Origin: Eledone cirrhosa
Lineage: Eukaryota
Reading direction: 5' to 3'
NCBI GenBank assembly: GCA_964016885.1
Contig: OZ024750.1
Coordinates: forward strand, 7,006,001 to 7,070,000
DNA: 64,000 nt
Shown here: positions 13,203-27,065 of the stretch, piece after piece
Layout: each line of letters opens with the position of its first letter
Numbering within the stretch: the stretch's first letter is position 1
Translations under genes and position numbers: made by a program
The notes under the pieces: generated by a model
Database searches by the model: none
What the model was told of the DNA's origin: nothing
The model's input: only the letters and a program-made list of their open reading frames with translations

Positions 13203-16200
13203 GATGGTATATATGTATGCATGGATGGTATGTACACGTGCATGATTAGTTAGAACATCAGTTTCACCAGCCATTATTACTGTAGATCATTTCATATTAC
13301 AAAAAAAAAAACCCAACTTGTTGCAGCATAAAAACCTACAAAGATTTAAGCCATGTATTAAGTCTCGACTGAACCTACCTCCTAATAATCTACCACCTTT
13401 ATAAGTATACACATCCCCAAACTCGAAGTTTCTTTAACTAATGAAGCTACTCTAATTAACTTATGACTAATTAGTTATTGATATCACCTGCTGTGACATC
13501 TAACTCCAGCAGAAACCAAAGGCTGAGAAATTTCACATGGAATCTGTTCCAATTACTAACACATTTCTTTTAACTTAAAATAGCTTACTACTAACAATCA
13601 GAAGAAACTACACATTGATTTGATATATTAAAGCCAGCAAAAATTTAGAAAACTAAACTGCAATCTAGCAGGCATTGATCTCATATAATATTGGTTGCTA
13701 TGTATGATCAGAGCTGACTGGATCAAGTGAGCCTGCTGTAACATTGAAACATACATAAGATTGTTGCTTTAAAGTTGTCCAATATTAGATACTAAAGTGT
13801 TAAAATCACTAACGCTACAATCAAACAATATCTACTAATATAAACTATACAAAAACCCCCCACCTCACACTCCTTGTTTTAAAAATGGCCACACATCATT
13901 AACTGAGCCAATTAGTTATGATGAAGCTGTGTGATTACGACATCAACAGACTATTATTAACAGCTGAAACTGTATATATATATATATGGCTTCCATGCTG
14001 ACAGCTGATGCTGTTGTACAACAAATGTTGCTGATGTAATAATGGCAATTTAACATTATTAGCTACCAGATGGTCGGAGAAAATAAGGGTCAAAATCTTT
14101 TGAATTTAAAATCCCTCTATAATTTTTAAGCAGTAGCCAATTCTTTTTTAAAGTATTTCAAGATCACGATCTTGACTAATTTTAATTATATTTATCCTAC
14201 GACGTAAACCTATCTCTATCCTATACTAGACTAACATATTTTAAAATATAAACCATATCGTAATAAAGATTTGAAATAATGCTGCAAAAAAGCAGCTGGT
14301 TCGGCTGAATCATTCCTCTTACATCAGCAACTGGTGTCTGAGACTGAGGTACAAGGTTTGGGTCTCCTTGAGACCTTGTGTTTTCAGTGCTGCAAATATA
14401 GAGAGAAAAAAGAAAGAGATAGATATGAGAAGCTGCTACTTGACTGGTTGTAAGGGAAAGATAGGAAGATGACCTACTCAAAAGACGCCAGCAACTCATC
14501 ACCTGAAAAATATTATAAAAACCAAAAACTATTTTACATATATCAACATGTTTAGCTCCTTTTCCTCCCCACATGCAATAATTGCAAGAAATACTATGGA
14601 TTTATTTAACAACATCTTTTTAATGTTGTATAACTTATGGGAATTATCATTGTAAAAATATCGACACTGGTGTAATTTATGAGAATTAACTCCAATAACA
14701 GCTGTGTACCACATTTGAGAAGACTTCACCGATAAAACCTTAACACAAAGATAAAGAAAATCTCCAATATTGTAAATTTAAAATACAAAGAAATCTGTCG
14801 ACACTAACTGTAAACTTAAAATACAAAGAATTCTGTGGACACTAACTGTAAATTTAAAATACAAAGAAATTGTATTATTGAATGCTAATGTTCCAGTTGC
14901 TGTAATTAGAGAAAACAAACACTAATTCTTCAATACGATTTGTTGATAATACTGAGTAACATCCTGAATAATAGGCAAGCCTGAGAACAAAAATACTAAA
15001 TATAGTATAAAATAATTTGAACTTTAAAAAAATGGTCCTCGATTTAACAGAGATATCAAAATTTTATACCCACTTTTCCATGTTTGATGAGATCCTATGG
15101 GATTTTTTTTTTTTTTAAACAACAAAAATTATATTTTTTAAAAGTTGTAGTAAAAATAGCAGCTGAAAAAATTACATTTGTTTAAAATAGATTTCTCAAC
15201 AAAGAAAATATAAAATATAACTCATTAAAAAACGTTTAATATAAAAATGTAATGCCAGAGAGATTCTGTTTATTTTATCTTCAAGATGTTCATAGAGGTT
15301 CCTAAAAGACAAAATGTTCACAGGTCCTAAAAGACAAAATTCAAAATTTTCTTCACAAGCTGAAGAACTCAAACTCAACAAATAATAATAAATAAGTAAA
15401 TAAAATTTACACCAAGAATCTTTCCTTCCACTGATATTAACAAATGTTACATCGAAGCTGAAATAAATATTTACATGAATTATTCAGTCACTCAACTCAG
15501 TTAGCCAAAATATTATTTTCCTTAGTGAATATCAATTTCAGTGTCTATACGAGATTTCACGGTGTATAACACACATGCATGTATAATATTAATTTGAAGA
15601 GAATATTTCTTACATTAAATAAAATCCAGACATTAAAAGCTAGACACAAAATCTTTGAGCTACAACAGGAATTGATATCACCACACGCCACATAATATCA
15701 CCAATTATCTTATATACATCTATAATGTACAGGGCAGTTTATAAGACCTGTTTTTATAACAAAAGGTATGCATTCTATGCCATGAAATATGGTATATTGA
15801 TGCAGCTTCTTCAAGATTTCCTTCATTTTTTTTTTTTTAAATATAGATTGATTAACAACCTTTTTCATCAATGAACATCAATTATTTCCTTGCCATTAAC
15901 CAAGATTTGAGCTTGACTGGCAAGGAATCAAAAACCACGTTATAACCAATCTTGCCAAGATATTTTCAGATTAATATCTACACTCTCACCAATTATACAT
16001 ACTAAACTAAACTAAACAAAACAGCAAAATACCAGTGTGACCCACATTAGAGAACTGATCACACATCTGGAACAGTACTGTTACTTCACACATATAAACA
16101 TCCTAGACTACATCAAGATGATTGGCAAAGATTCATTTACCAACATCCAAATATATTTATTCTCTACTTTTCTACCTCGTCTACAATGGCTCCTGGTCCA

Positions 16201-17315
16201 TTAAACTAAGTTGTAGATCAACAATGTAAACCCCCCCACCTGATGGACCTGCCAACAGAAGTTCAAGTTGACTATCTAGTTCAGACAGAGGCAACATTTT
16301 TTTCAAGTAGTGGCTCATCATATGGTGGGCTACTCTACTAAAAAATCCTTCAAGGCAATTTTGAAATTAGGCATGCCTTGCCCATAACTGGTAAGAGAAT
16401 GAGAGATGGAAAGAACCTTTTATCAACACTTCTTCAATTGAATAGTTGTTTGCCTGTTTAGCATTTAAACCAGCTGTATCCAGCCAGAATTCTCTCATCA
16501 CTTTCTGTTCAAACTGGCCATAACCTGCTGCTCATACCTATGTTTAGGTATTGTTCTCAAAATAAATATCAAAATCTCATAACTTTGATATTATGTGAGA
16601 TAAAGCCTTTACCATGAAAATACAATAGTAAATATAGAGTAATGTAAATGCCATTCAGAAAACCAAACGAGCAGCGTATGGCTCATGGGCCACAGTTTGC
16701 CCATAACTGATCTAGTTCATTTATCTCTACAGTCACAGAAAGCGCTGGCAAGAACCTTTTACCAATATTTCTTCAACTGAATAGTTATTTAAAGTCTAAA
16801 TACAGAGTATTCAAGACAACTTGACACTTGATATATGAAGACATTATATACATGCATACGTGTGTTATGATAAAGTTATGACTAAGTAGCAGAGATCATA
16901 CATATATTACTACAAGAACAAACACTGGAATTGTCAAATAAAAACCTTCAAGAACTTTGATACAGTAAAATTAAAAGGTGAAAAAAGTGTATTAAAAAAA
17001 CAATAACCAGAAATCACTTTAACCAACAGTGGATTCAGCTGTTATAGAAGCACATTTTCTTATCACACCAATATCATTTCTTTTCCTTTTTTTTTTGTAG
17101 TATTGTTTTAAACCCAAATGTTTGTTCTATGAATTTGACACTGCTTACAGATGGTAACAATGCCAATATCAGGTGGGAGAGTCAGCCAATATAGGAAGAG
17201 GGAGGGAGGTAAAATTGAGGTCCAATATCTAGGAGTGTAACTGTAGCTTCCACAACTTTGCGCCACAAATCTCGAGTAAAATATAAACCATGATGCTGCT
17301 CAATTTTTCACTTAC

Positions 17316-17364
17316 CCACATCCAATTTGAGGACTTTAGCTCGTTCATCTGGCTGCAAATCCAA
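17316..17364 (-). CDS. PUF60: PUF60 coding exon 2
   Basis: tttcAG acceptor, 49 nt LDLQPDERAKVLKLDV+G, GTAAGT donor; phase 0 in, phase 1 out, matching the phase-1 exon at 1306. Confidence 0.7.
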
Positions 17365-19221
17365 CTGAAATAATAAATATTTTATGGTTAGAAAAAAGAA
17401 TGGTAAAAATAAATTAAATGAGGTCATTTTTTTGTTCAGATTCAGAGTTAAGATTTATTTTTTTCTCTGTTTATTCTCTCCTGACATGGAGTCCAAGAAA
17501 TATGATATATCGCTCTAACTTAGGTCCCAAGAAATATGATGTATCACCCTAACTTAGTGCCCTAAATTCAGAGAGGTACTTGACTAAGGTCAGTTATCCT
17601 GCTTCCCAATCAACCCAACACTGAAAAGAAGATCAAGGTTGACTTTATGTTCACTCAATGAAGTTGAGAAATTAATGAATGCCCTCAACCATCTGGATCA
17701 CATGGAGCAACAGAAACAGATGAAACAATTGGTGAAAGAGAACCAGGAATTAACCAGATTCTTGTGAATTTTCTCAGATGCCATTCCAGTTGACCTGGTG
17801 GGGATGATTGGTAGTCTACACCTCATGAGTGTGCATCCCATATTTACTTTCCTGAACAACTGTTTCTTCCTCCCCAATCTTCTCTTTTCACAGCACCGTG
17901 CTCAGTCATCCTCACATAAGACACATCAGTAAACTTGCCAACACCATCTTACAATGTAAATTTCAACAACACAGGCTGGTAATACCTGAAACCCACCACG
18001 TGAGATTTGGTGACCTTGGCCTCCACTCAAAATCCAACCTGGCACTGCCGACCTAACTTTCATTGATCATCTCCAACTGTGAAGTTCTTTGTAAAACATT
18101 GCAGCCACATGTGGACCAGAAACTTAAGCCAGCCCTAGCCATCTGGATTTGACGACAGCTTCACTGTCCACCAGTATGCAAGTTACCAACACAACTGGGA
18201 TATGAAATGCAGTTCAATCTGCATGAGAATAATCAAGTCTTCCTTAGATCAACAGTCTTATCTGTGTAGTGGTACATAGATCAATTCAAGGGCTCTAAGA
18301 GGAATTTAGAATTAGAACATAAATCGGCACTACAAATAAATCGCCTTTATCAAAACAAATAAAGTATGCGGTCCAACACTCCACCGACTGTTGGTACGTA
18401 TGTTTCGGTCCTCAAGTTTCAGTTGTAGTTGAGAGAGTTTTAGAGTTGAACCTCTACCCATAACTTATGAGGTTCGTGTGAAGGAGTTGCTGTCTGTTAC
18501 AGACTGTCAGCTTCACGTTGGTTAGGTATAATCTTTGTACTGCTTTTGTTGATAGAATGAGAAGAAAAAAAAGAAATTCTAAAGATATTTAATATATATT
18601 TAGAAAGAAAGAGAAAACCTAAACTAAATTTATCCTCTAATTATTTTATTGATTATGAAGTTAGAAACATAGGAGATGCGTGACAAACCGCAGAATATTT
18701 TCTAAAAAATTATTTTTTATCGACAATTTCCGTTAAGCACTGTTGTAAATTTAAATAGAAACAATTAAGTGGCGCCTGATTATATCTATAAAGTATTCAC
18801 AGTAATGAATGTCTGACTTGGTCATGGACACTGCGCAGACACTTCACATAGAAACCGTACGCTATCGACTAGGTAAAAGTGTTCAGTGTTGCCCACTTAA
18901 TTCTCCAACATGTGAGTGCACACAAAGGGTTTTTAAGTATTTAAGTCTGTAATGTTTCTTATCACAGGAAAATTAATAATTGTGAGAGAGAGAGAGAGAG
19001 AGAGAGAGATGGTGACTGTATTTATATAAACGTCGCTACCTCGTTAAATAAATGTATATACAAACTATCTTTTAACGATTCAAATATAAACTTGTATAAT
19101 ATACACAATAAAAATGATCAGTGTTTGATCTAATATGAGCGGTACGTAAGATGATCTCTTTAGATGTTTTGTCATATATTTTATACACACTATTAATAAG
19201 TAACGTATTATTATATATATA

Positions 19222-19446
19222 TAGTAGTGGTGGTCACGAGCTGATAGGAGCAACTAGAGGAGACGAAAGAAATCATAGAGGCTCTTTACATTCTGAGTTC
19301 AAATATCGCCGAGGTTAACTTTGCCTTTTATCCTTATTGGATCGATAAAATAAAGTACCAGTAACGTACTGGTGTCGATTTAAATGACTTTCTCCTTCCC
19401 CTCAAAAAAATTGTTGGTCTCTTGCCTAAAATCAGAAACCATTATT
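19222..19446 (+). mobile_element. Octopus-type tRNA-derived SINE
   Basis: B-box GAGTTCAAAT plus the same body as the other copies, with an (att)n tail. Confidence 0.8.
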
Positions 19447-19839
19447 TTCACGTATCACCCAAATACATATTGAAACAACTGACTATGCCAAACGGTTTAT
19501 TGTAATCGAACAATGCCGATAACACTCGATAGTCAATCAATCAATGAAGTTGGGAGAAATAGCAGCACGCCAAATTAAATACTTAAGAACATTGAAATGT
19601 CCGCTGGTTTATCGACTGTAAATGGTTCAGGGTTCATATGTACCTGATCAGTTGATCAGTACATTCTACTAATACACCTCTCTTAAATCTGGTCTCCTGC
19701 CAACCTAACATATATCTCACAAACCTGTAATTGGTTATTCTGTTTATTTTTCACTAATTATAAACGCTGCTATAGATATTATCGATCGCAGAATTTGTGT
19801 TGGCATACAACATATGCAGCTCTCTCTCTCTCTCTCTCT

Positions 19840-19884
<45 letters not shown>

Positions 19885-20457
19885 TCTTGGTATTTGGCGG
19901 TGGTATTGATTATGATGGCGGTGGTTATATTCTTATTAATTGTATTGTTGTTTAGTCTCAGGTGAATCTTCATTGAGCCGACCTAAGAAGATCAAAGACA
20001 TTTCACTCAAGTTTTCAAATACACTAGGGTACTCCATTATCTCATATCACAGTCTTATATTTTAAGATGTTTATGTTGTATATACTGTTGTTGGTCATTA
20101 CGGAGTTGGTAGTGTGATAATGTTGTTTGCCGTGGTGATAAAGAGTAGAAGTAAAGATTGATTTATGCATACACATACATATGTGTGTGTGTTTGCTTCA
20201 TAGGCAAGCCTCCACAATGCAAATAACTATAAATAATAATTGAATACGCCGGATGAATAGAAATGTGAGCAGAAATGCCTGCAGGAATCGAACGAGGCAT
20301 CTGCTGTATACCAGACAACCTCGTTTGACCGTTACACTAAAGCGTATCTCGTTCCATCTTGCCATCTTGTAGGTGTTAAGTGTTAAGCTAGAGGTGTAAA
20401 TAAAACATCTGGTTTATGTATATGAGATGTGGGGGCAGTACTGCATTGTGGTATATA

Positions 20458-20496
<39 letters not shown>

Positions 20497-21989
20497 ATCT
20501 CTAATATCTAAGAGTACAACTATAGCTTCCATTACTATATTGCTACAGATTTAGTTCTAAGTTAGTCTTGTCTCCTCCAATTTAGGTCCAAGTTTGTGTT
20601 GCATTCATCTTCAGAAAGGCATATTTCTCCTACACCATCTCAAGGGAAAATGTGTTACCATATTTCTTTTTTTAAAACTAAAATATGATAAAACATCTTT
20701 CTGGAGCGGAATAATATAATTATATAAGTTTTCCATTCACCAGTGCTGCATCAGATTTTGTTGTGTATTTTAAGAAAACGCCCGATATAACAAGTTAGTA
20801 TCTGTAAAGCTATGTCTATTATTAGTTGTGACATTCTTAGATACTTTACAGTGCAGCATTGTTTTAGAGGCACACAATTTGCCTTTTGTGTGTTCTTGTT
20901 TATAGGGGCCCATTAATAATAGGTATCAATGTGTTCCTGTTTATAGGGAACCATTAATTGACATCGATGTGTTCCTATTTATAGGGAACTAACTAATAAT
21001 TGTTTCTACTTTAGGCACAAGGCCAGCAAGGTATCGATGTGTACCTGTTTATAGGGAACCATTAAATAATATCGATTCTATAATCTATAGCTCCTACCAA
21101 TAAAAGAAATGTTATAATGCCTCAAGTGTTTATATTTCACCAATTAACTGTAACGATGCCGACCGCCACAACTCTTCTCAGATAAACAAGTTCAAAAACT
21201 GTCTTATTTTGGAAATTATTTTTTAAAAAGCCACGGGATATAATCGTAAAATTAATTATACGAAAAACAAAAACAAAAAAAAAACGAAAAAAATATACCC
21301 ATTTTAATTCAAATAATAAAAAAAAAATACACAATTACTTTCAGTCATTGATACAAAATCGATTAATAATATATGGACTGGACTACATGTGTCGTGATTA
21401 AATTATTCATTTTAATACATATAAAAATGAGAACACTCATTTCTAGAACAATGTTCTAGAGATGAGTATATGTATTAAAATATACTCTCGCTTCGTCTCG
21501 ATCAGAGATAACATGGTTTTGTTTTGTTTTTTTTGTGTTTCATTTTGTTAAATATGGATTGAAATAATTCTTCCAATTTATGTAACGGAATGAGAGGTTA
21601 AATGTATATTAATCAATCTAGGGGATGATTATCTTTCCAATTAGTGAATGAATCCGAGACAAGGAAACCATAATTTGGCGGTAAGATGTAGATGTGTTTG
21701 TTATAGCAAGAAATGTCGAAAGCTTCGTTGGAAATAAACTTAAGACATGGAACTTTCCAGTCGGACAATTTAACATTTCTAAACGCTACACAAAATATAA
21801 AACCGTTGTAAATAAATAATCAGGGTTTGTTTTTTCTCTTCTATTTTCCTCCCCAAAACAAAACATTTGAGGTTTATTTGCAATGGAAAGTCTCACATCG
21901 GATTAATTTATTAAGAAAAAAATATGTCAAGATTGGGAGGGAAACTTTTAAAAGAGCAGCTGTGATCAGTCTCTCTATATACACACACA

Positions 21990-22094
21990 TGCAGGATGTC
22001 CCACAAAAATGTATACACACTTTGATTACCTGTACAGGCTATATTTATCAGAATGCACAGCCTGTGTGTATATATTTTGGGGGGACATCCTGTA
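21990..22094. mobile_element. Short Tc1/mariner MITE
   Basis: ~30-bp TIRs caggatgtcccacaaaaatgtatacacac / gtgtgtatatattttggggggacatcctgta. Confidence 0.65.
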
Positions 22095-22770
22095 TATACA
22101 AATATATCACTCGATTTAACAATCTAAATTTAAGCTAACATTAAAAAGATATTGTAGAATTCAATAAATAATATTACAAAGTTGTTTATAAATCAGGTCA
22201 GTCGTTATCGAACGACCTCTGATCAAAGACGTCCCTGCCGTAACCACTCTGCCTATATTACATAGTATATATTATTTAGAACTACATCATCAAGGGTCTA
22301 TCCTTATATTTCAGCGATTTTGGAGGGGAAATTAGGCAGTTATCTTAGTATTAAAAGCCTCTTTGACTCGTATATTTTTTAGAGTCGATGGATAAATTAT
22401 ATAAAAATATTGTGACAATAGAGTAACTTTCTTTTCAATTTTTACAGACTTTTCTATACTGCTGTATATGTAGTAATACAACAGAAATGGAGAAAAACCC
22501 CAAGATCAACATCTCTACATAAATAAATTATACTACTAAGAAGCAACCATAAGGACACATTTTTAATAGATATAAAAGAGCGGAAAAGAAAAAAGGAAAT
22601 TGCGAGAGATTCCTAAAATATTTCTTCTCCTTGAGACGATGAAAGGAATAGTAATCACATTTCACTTTAATCACAGAAATAGACATTGGATAATGGAGTC
22701 CAAGATAGACGATATACTGTAGACATTGACTGCATAATCATATTATCTGGCGCTAAACACTGCTCCTAGC

Positions 22771-22815
<45 letters not shown>

Positions 22816-22990
22816 AACACACATGTATATACATACATTGTGTTTGTGAACAATAAGATTTAGTTACTAAAGAACCACGTATCACACAAAGCAGACTGGA
22901 GGCTAAATGACAATCTGCACTGGCAGAGTATTTCAATTTACGTGGCGGTAGGAAACGTGTATTGTATGGGTGTATATATATTTGTATGTA

Positions 22991-23042
<52 letters not shown>

Positions 23043-24385
23043 GAAACAAATATATATATACATACATAAGCACGCATAAAATTTACTTCAATACTCAAAT
23101 GCTTGATAGTGTTTATCTGGTAACGTAAACAATAAAAAAATTATACACACACATATAATGTATACACACACACAATGTATATACACACACATATATATAT
23201 AAAGAGAGAGATGAAGAAAGAATAACTACACATCGTCGATTAGAATTTCTTAGAATATTAATTATGCCTATTTTTTTCTCATTTTACCATTATATATATA
23301 CACATATAAACTATATATATATATATATATATATAGTTAAATGTGGAGATTTGCTGCGTAGTTAAAAATGCCACTAAATTCTCAGAATATAACAAAAAAT
23401 AGGATTTCTTAAAATACCGAAACGAACAAGATTCGCCTTTAATGTGGAGACTTCTAGATTTTGTTTTTCATAATACACGTGCTTTCAAAATGAAATTATT
23501 TAGTTTCACATTTTTACCTATCATTTCCTCGTAGTAAAATCTGACATTAGAATATATTGATATACCAGAAATATTGTTTATGTTATGTATAATGGTGACA
23601 ATGTTATAACAACTGCATTATATATATCGAAGGAAGTGTGGTAAGGAACCAGATGGACCATAACGCACCAGAGTACTCAATACTTAGGGTAGTAGAGTGG
23701 GTAATAGGAAAATGTTTAACCCCGACGGCAGAGCTCAAGCCGTTTCGACGGCTATTTCAGTCCAAACATAGCCGTCGAGGTCTTGAACATTTTCCTATAT
23801 GTATATATTTATATATATACATACATACAAAAAGGCAAACGTTATGAGTATATATATATATATATATATAAATACATACAAAAAGGCAAACGTTATGTGT
23901 ATATATATATACATACAAACATTTTATATATGTATATATACAGGGTGTCCAACCGTATATTTATATAAAAAGAAACATTAAATTCGGTAATTCAATAAAT
24001 ACCAATATATCTATATATCTACAAATGAGGAAGAAATACTAAATTGTTTATTTTAAACTAAATTCCTTTCTCACGATTTCATTTTAAAATACTGAACAAA
24101 GTAAAACTTCATACTATCTATTCATTACAATGAACATCTGCAATAGCTGGGCGTGGATATATATTATATACAGACATATACAGACATATATATATATTAT
24201 ATACACACCTATATCGGGATGGATTCAGTTTGAAACTGATTAGACCATTACTCGATATTTGGGGGACCACGACGGCTGAGCTCTTGCCGTTTCAAGACAA
24301 GACATCTGGAACTAGCTGTTGAAACGGCAAGAGCTCAGCCGTCGGGTCCCGACTCTTTATAATATATACATACACACACGTATAC

Positions 24386-24468
24386 ATACAGGGTGTACCC
24401 CCAAAATGTATGCATATATTTATTAAAATGCTGTTGAAGTGTGTATACATTTTGGGGGGACATCCTGT
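24386..24468. mobile_element. Short Tc1/mariner MITE (same family as 21990)
   Basis: tacagggtgtacccccaaaatgtatgca ... tgtatacattttgggggacatcctg. Confidence 0.65.
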
Positions 24469-25131
24469 GTGTGTGTCTATGTATATATATATATATATAT
24501 ATATATAATGTGAAATTGTAGAAATCTTTATTTCTGAGAAAGGAAAGTTAAGATAATCAGAGAAAATCTTCACCACGTTGACGAATTTTTTTTTTTTTTC
24601 ATATATGGTAAAAAAATGTCTGCTTTGGGGTCTTAAGAGGAAATGTTAAACTTTATAAGCATTTATATTATTAAAATATTTATTATATTATATATCCCCC
24701 CCCCCCCCCGATCAAATCATCAAATAATTTACCTACAATCGCTTCATTGAAGTAGATATTAATATAAATAAGAATTGATGTTTTAAGCAAAACCAACTTT
24801 TATATTATTTAACAATTGAGATATAAAATATAATAGATACATTATATTTCTTGTAATTTTAATAGAAATTAATTAAATTAGTTAATAAGAGCCATTTTCA
24901 TTATAAACTATTAAAGGCATGTGACGAAAAACGCAAAGATGGCGTGAAGTATGAATATAACAGCCATAAGATTATTTTTAAAAACATTTATATATATATT
25001 TACATATTAATGAAACAATACATTATTATTATTTTGGGACAATCAGTAGCAATTATCTTAATTATATATATATGTATATATTTTAATATCGTTTCAAACA
25101 AAATATTATTTTTGGACATGGCTATATTAAT

Positions 25132-25292
25132 CAGTGTCGGATTTACGACAAATGAGGCCTTGTGTTAAGTTATGAACAATTGACATTTGAAAAATTCATC
25201 TTAAAAAATATTTTTGGAAGATGGGATCCTTTCTTAGCCAACGGGGTCCTGTGGTTAAAACACACCTAAGTATGATCGGAAAGCCGACACTG
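25132..25292. mobile_element. hAT-type MITE in PUF60 intron 1
   Basis: TIRs CAGTGTCGG / CCGACACTG with an 8-bp near-TSD (atattaat / atcttaat). Confidence 0.65.
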
Positions 25293-25410
25293 ATCTTAAT
25301 TATATATATAGATAGATAGATTTATATATTTTTTAATATCGTTTGTGAATCCAACAAAATATAATTATTATTTTGTACAATCTTTAACAATTATCTTAAT
25401 TATAACTCAC

Positions 25411-25467
25411 CTCCATAATATCACCGTTGTGTTTCGGTGCTTTCAAGTCCGACATAGTAAGTGCCAT
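25411..25467 (-). CDS. PUF60: PUF60 (poly(U)-binding splicing factor / half pint), first coding exon
   Basis: ATG at 25467; encodes MALTMSDLKAPKHNGDIME then a GTGAGT donor (phase 0), compatible with the phase-0 exon at 17364. A promoter-like motif cluster lies ~300 bp upstream. Assignment rests on splice phase and position, not homology. Confidence 0.7.
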
Positions 25468-25724
25468 AATGGAAGTTTTGAAATAACAGTAAAAAGATGA
25501 GATACAAATCCTTCGTGCTGTCAAACACAAAAGACTTTTCTGAAAGCACCTTGTTTTCTCTTCAATATATTTACTTACTTATATATATATATAGTATATA
25601 TTATATATTTTAGACTAAAGTAATTGATTATTACTATCTAAATTCTCTCTGTAAATGTTTATTGAAATATTTACAGAATAACGATAAAAATTTCGACAAG
25701 AAATTCTTTCAATTTCGAAGTCGA

Positions 25725-25795
25725 CTGACGGATACAGACTTCCGGTTGCATCTGCGCAGTAAAGAACAGGAAGTGTAAAATTATGACGTCATGTT
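25725..25795. promoter_or_regulatory. Putative PUF60 proximal promoter motif cluster
   Basis: Within ~70 bp: ETS-type ACTTCCGG (25738-25745) and CAGGAAGT (25767-25774), palindrome CTGCGCAG (25752-25759) and a perfect CRE TGACGTCA (25784-25791). The patch is CpG-rich in an AT-rich background, ~300 bp upstream of the PUF60 ATG. Confidence 0.55.
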
Positions 25796-27065
25796 GTATA
25801 AATTTGACCAAATTAATATCTTTTACATTGACATAATTTTCTTAGTCTTTTAAAATTATTAATAATTTTTTTCTATTGAATATATATATATATGTTGTTT
25901 TTTATCAGGAAAAGTTTATTCTCATTAAATACATGTGTTTCACTCAGACAATTGGCTTAAAAACCATTGATAATTACATAAATATGAAAAAGAAAGATAG
26001 AAACAAAATTAAGTAATGAGAAGGAGGCAGTGGTAAAGAAAGGCAGGTCTGGTTGTATAGGAAAGTAGAGGAAAACACTATAAATGCCATAAATGAGAGG
26101 GAAAAGGAGAGAAAAGGCAAGGACTCTTGGGCCACATATGAAAGAAAAGATGGTGGGTTATGGGACGGTGTTTGAGTTGCGCCCCACGGCCAATTTGGTT
26201 TACGTTGGTGCTCTTTTATTTTGACACTTTATTGACAATTAAAGAATAACAATATACAGTGGAAATTGAACGTTTTATTGATTTGTTCAACAGGATTATT
26301 GGCAATTTTAATTGACAACAAAATCGAGAAAATTAACTTAGGTTTCCAAGAATTATTCACTGGCTTCTTTTTTTTTTTTTAATAAATATTTCATTAGTTT
26401 ATACTGACGAATCGTATCTAAAATATTGGTTTTTAACCATCACATGAACCTTCAAAGGATACTATATGCAGCTATTCGACATGCTAGAAATTGCAGCCAA
26501 ATCTTACTCAGATTTAAAACAAGGGACGATACATTAGGCGCTATAGTCATAAATGGCCATATAAAGACAAAATAGTTACGGCTGGAATATTTTAGATCGT
26601 AGGTATAAATTTCTTTTGTTAATTAGTAACACAAACTAAATAACATCGTCCAGGTGATAAAATTATGGAAATATAGTCGGACATGACTCATCGAGAGGCT
26701 GAGTGAAAGAGAAGACAACAAACAAGATGGAGTGAGGGTAAATAGCAAGTGAATTTGATAGATTTGACAAATATTGGAGATCGGACCTTTAAGGCTGTAG
26801 AACATGGGTCAACAGAAAGCTTTTAGCCATTAAATGTCTGAGTATAAAGAGAATAACACAACGTTTTTCAATGCAAGGCTTAAATCTCTAGTTACAACCT
26901 CATTAAATTTCCCTTAAGTTTTGTTATATATATTGCTATTTATACAACTGTGATTAAAAATTCTCATCGACAATACATTATCATGCATAAATATGTATTA
27001 AGTAATTTATATCGTCAACGGATACACATTATGCAAAGTAGATTGGTCATTTTAATTAAGTTCTT

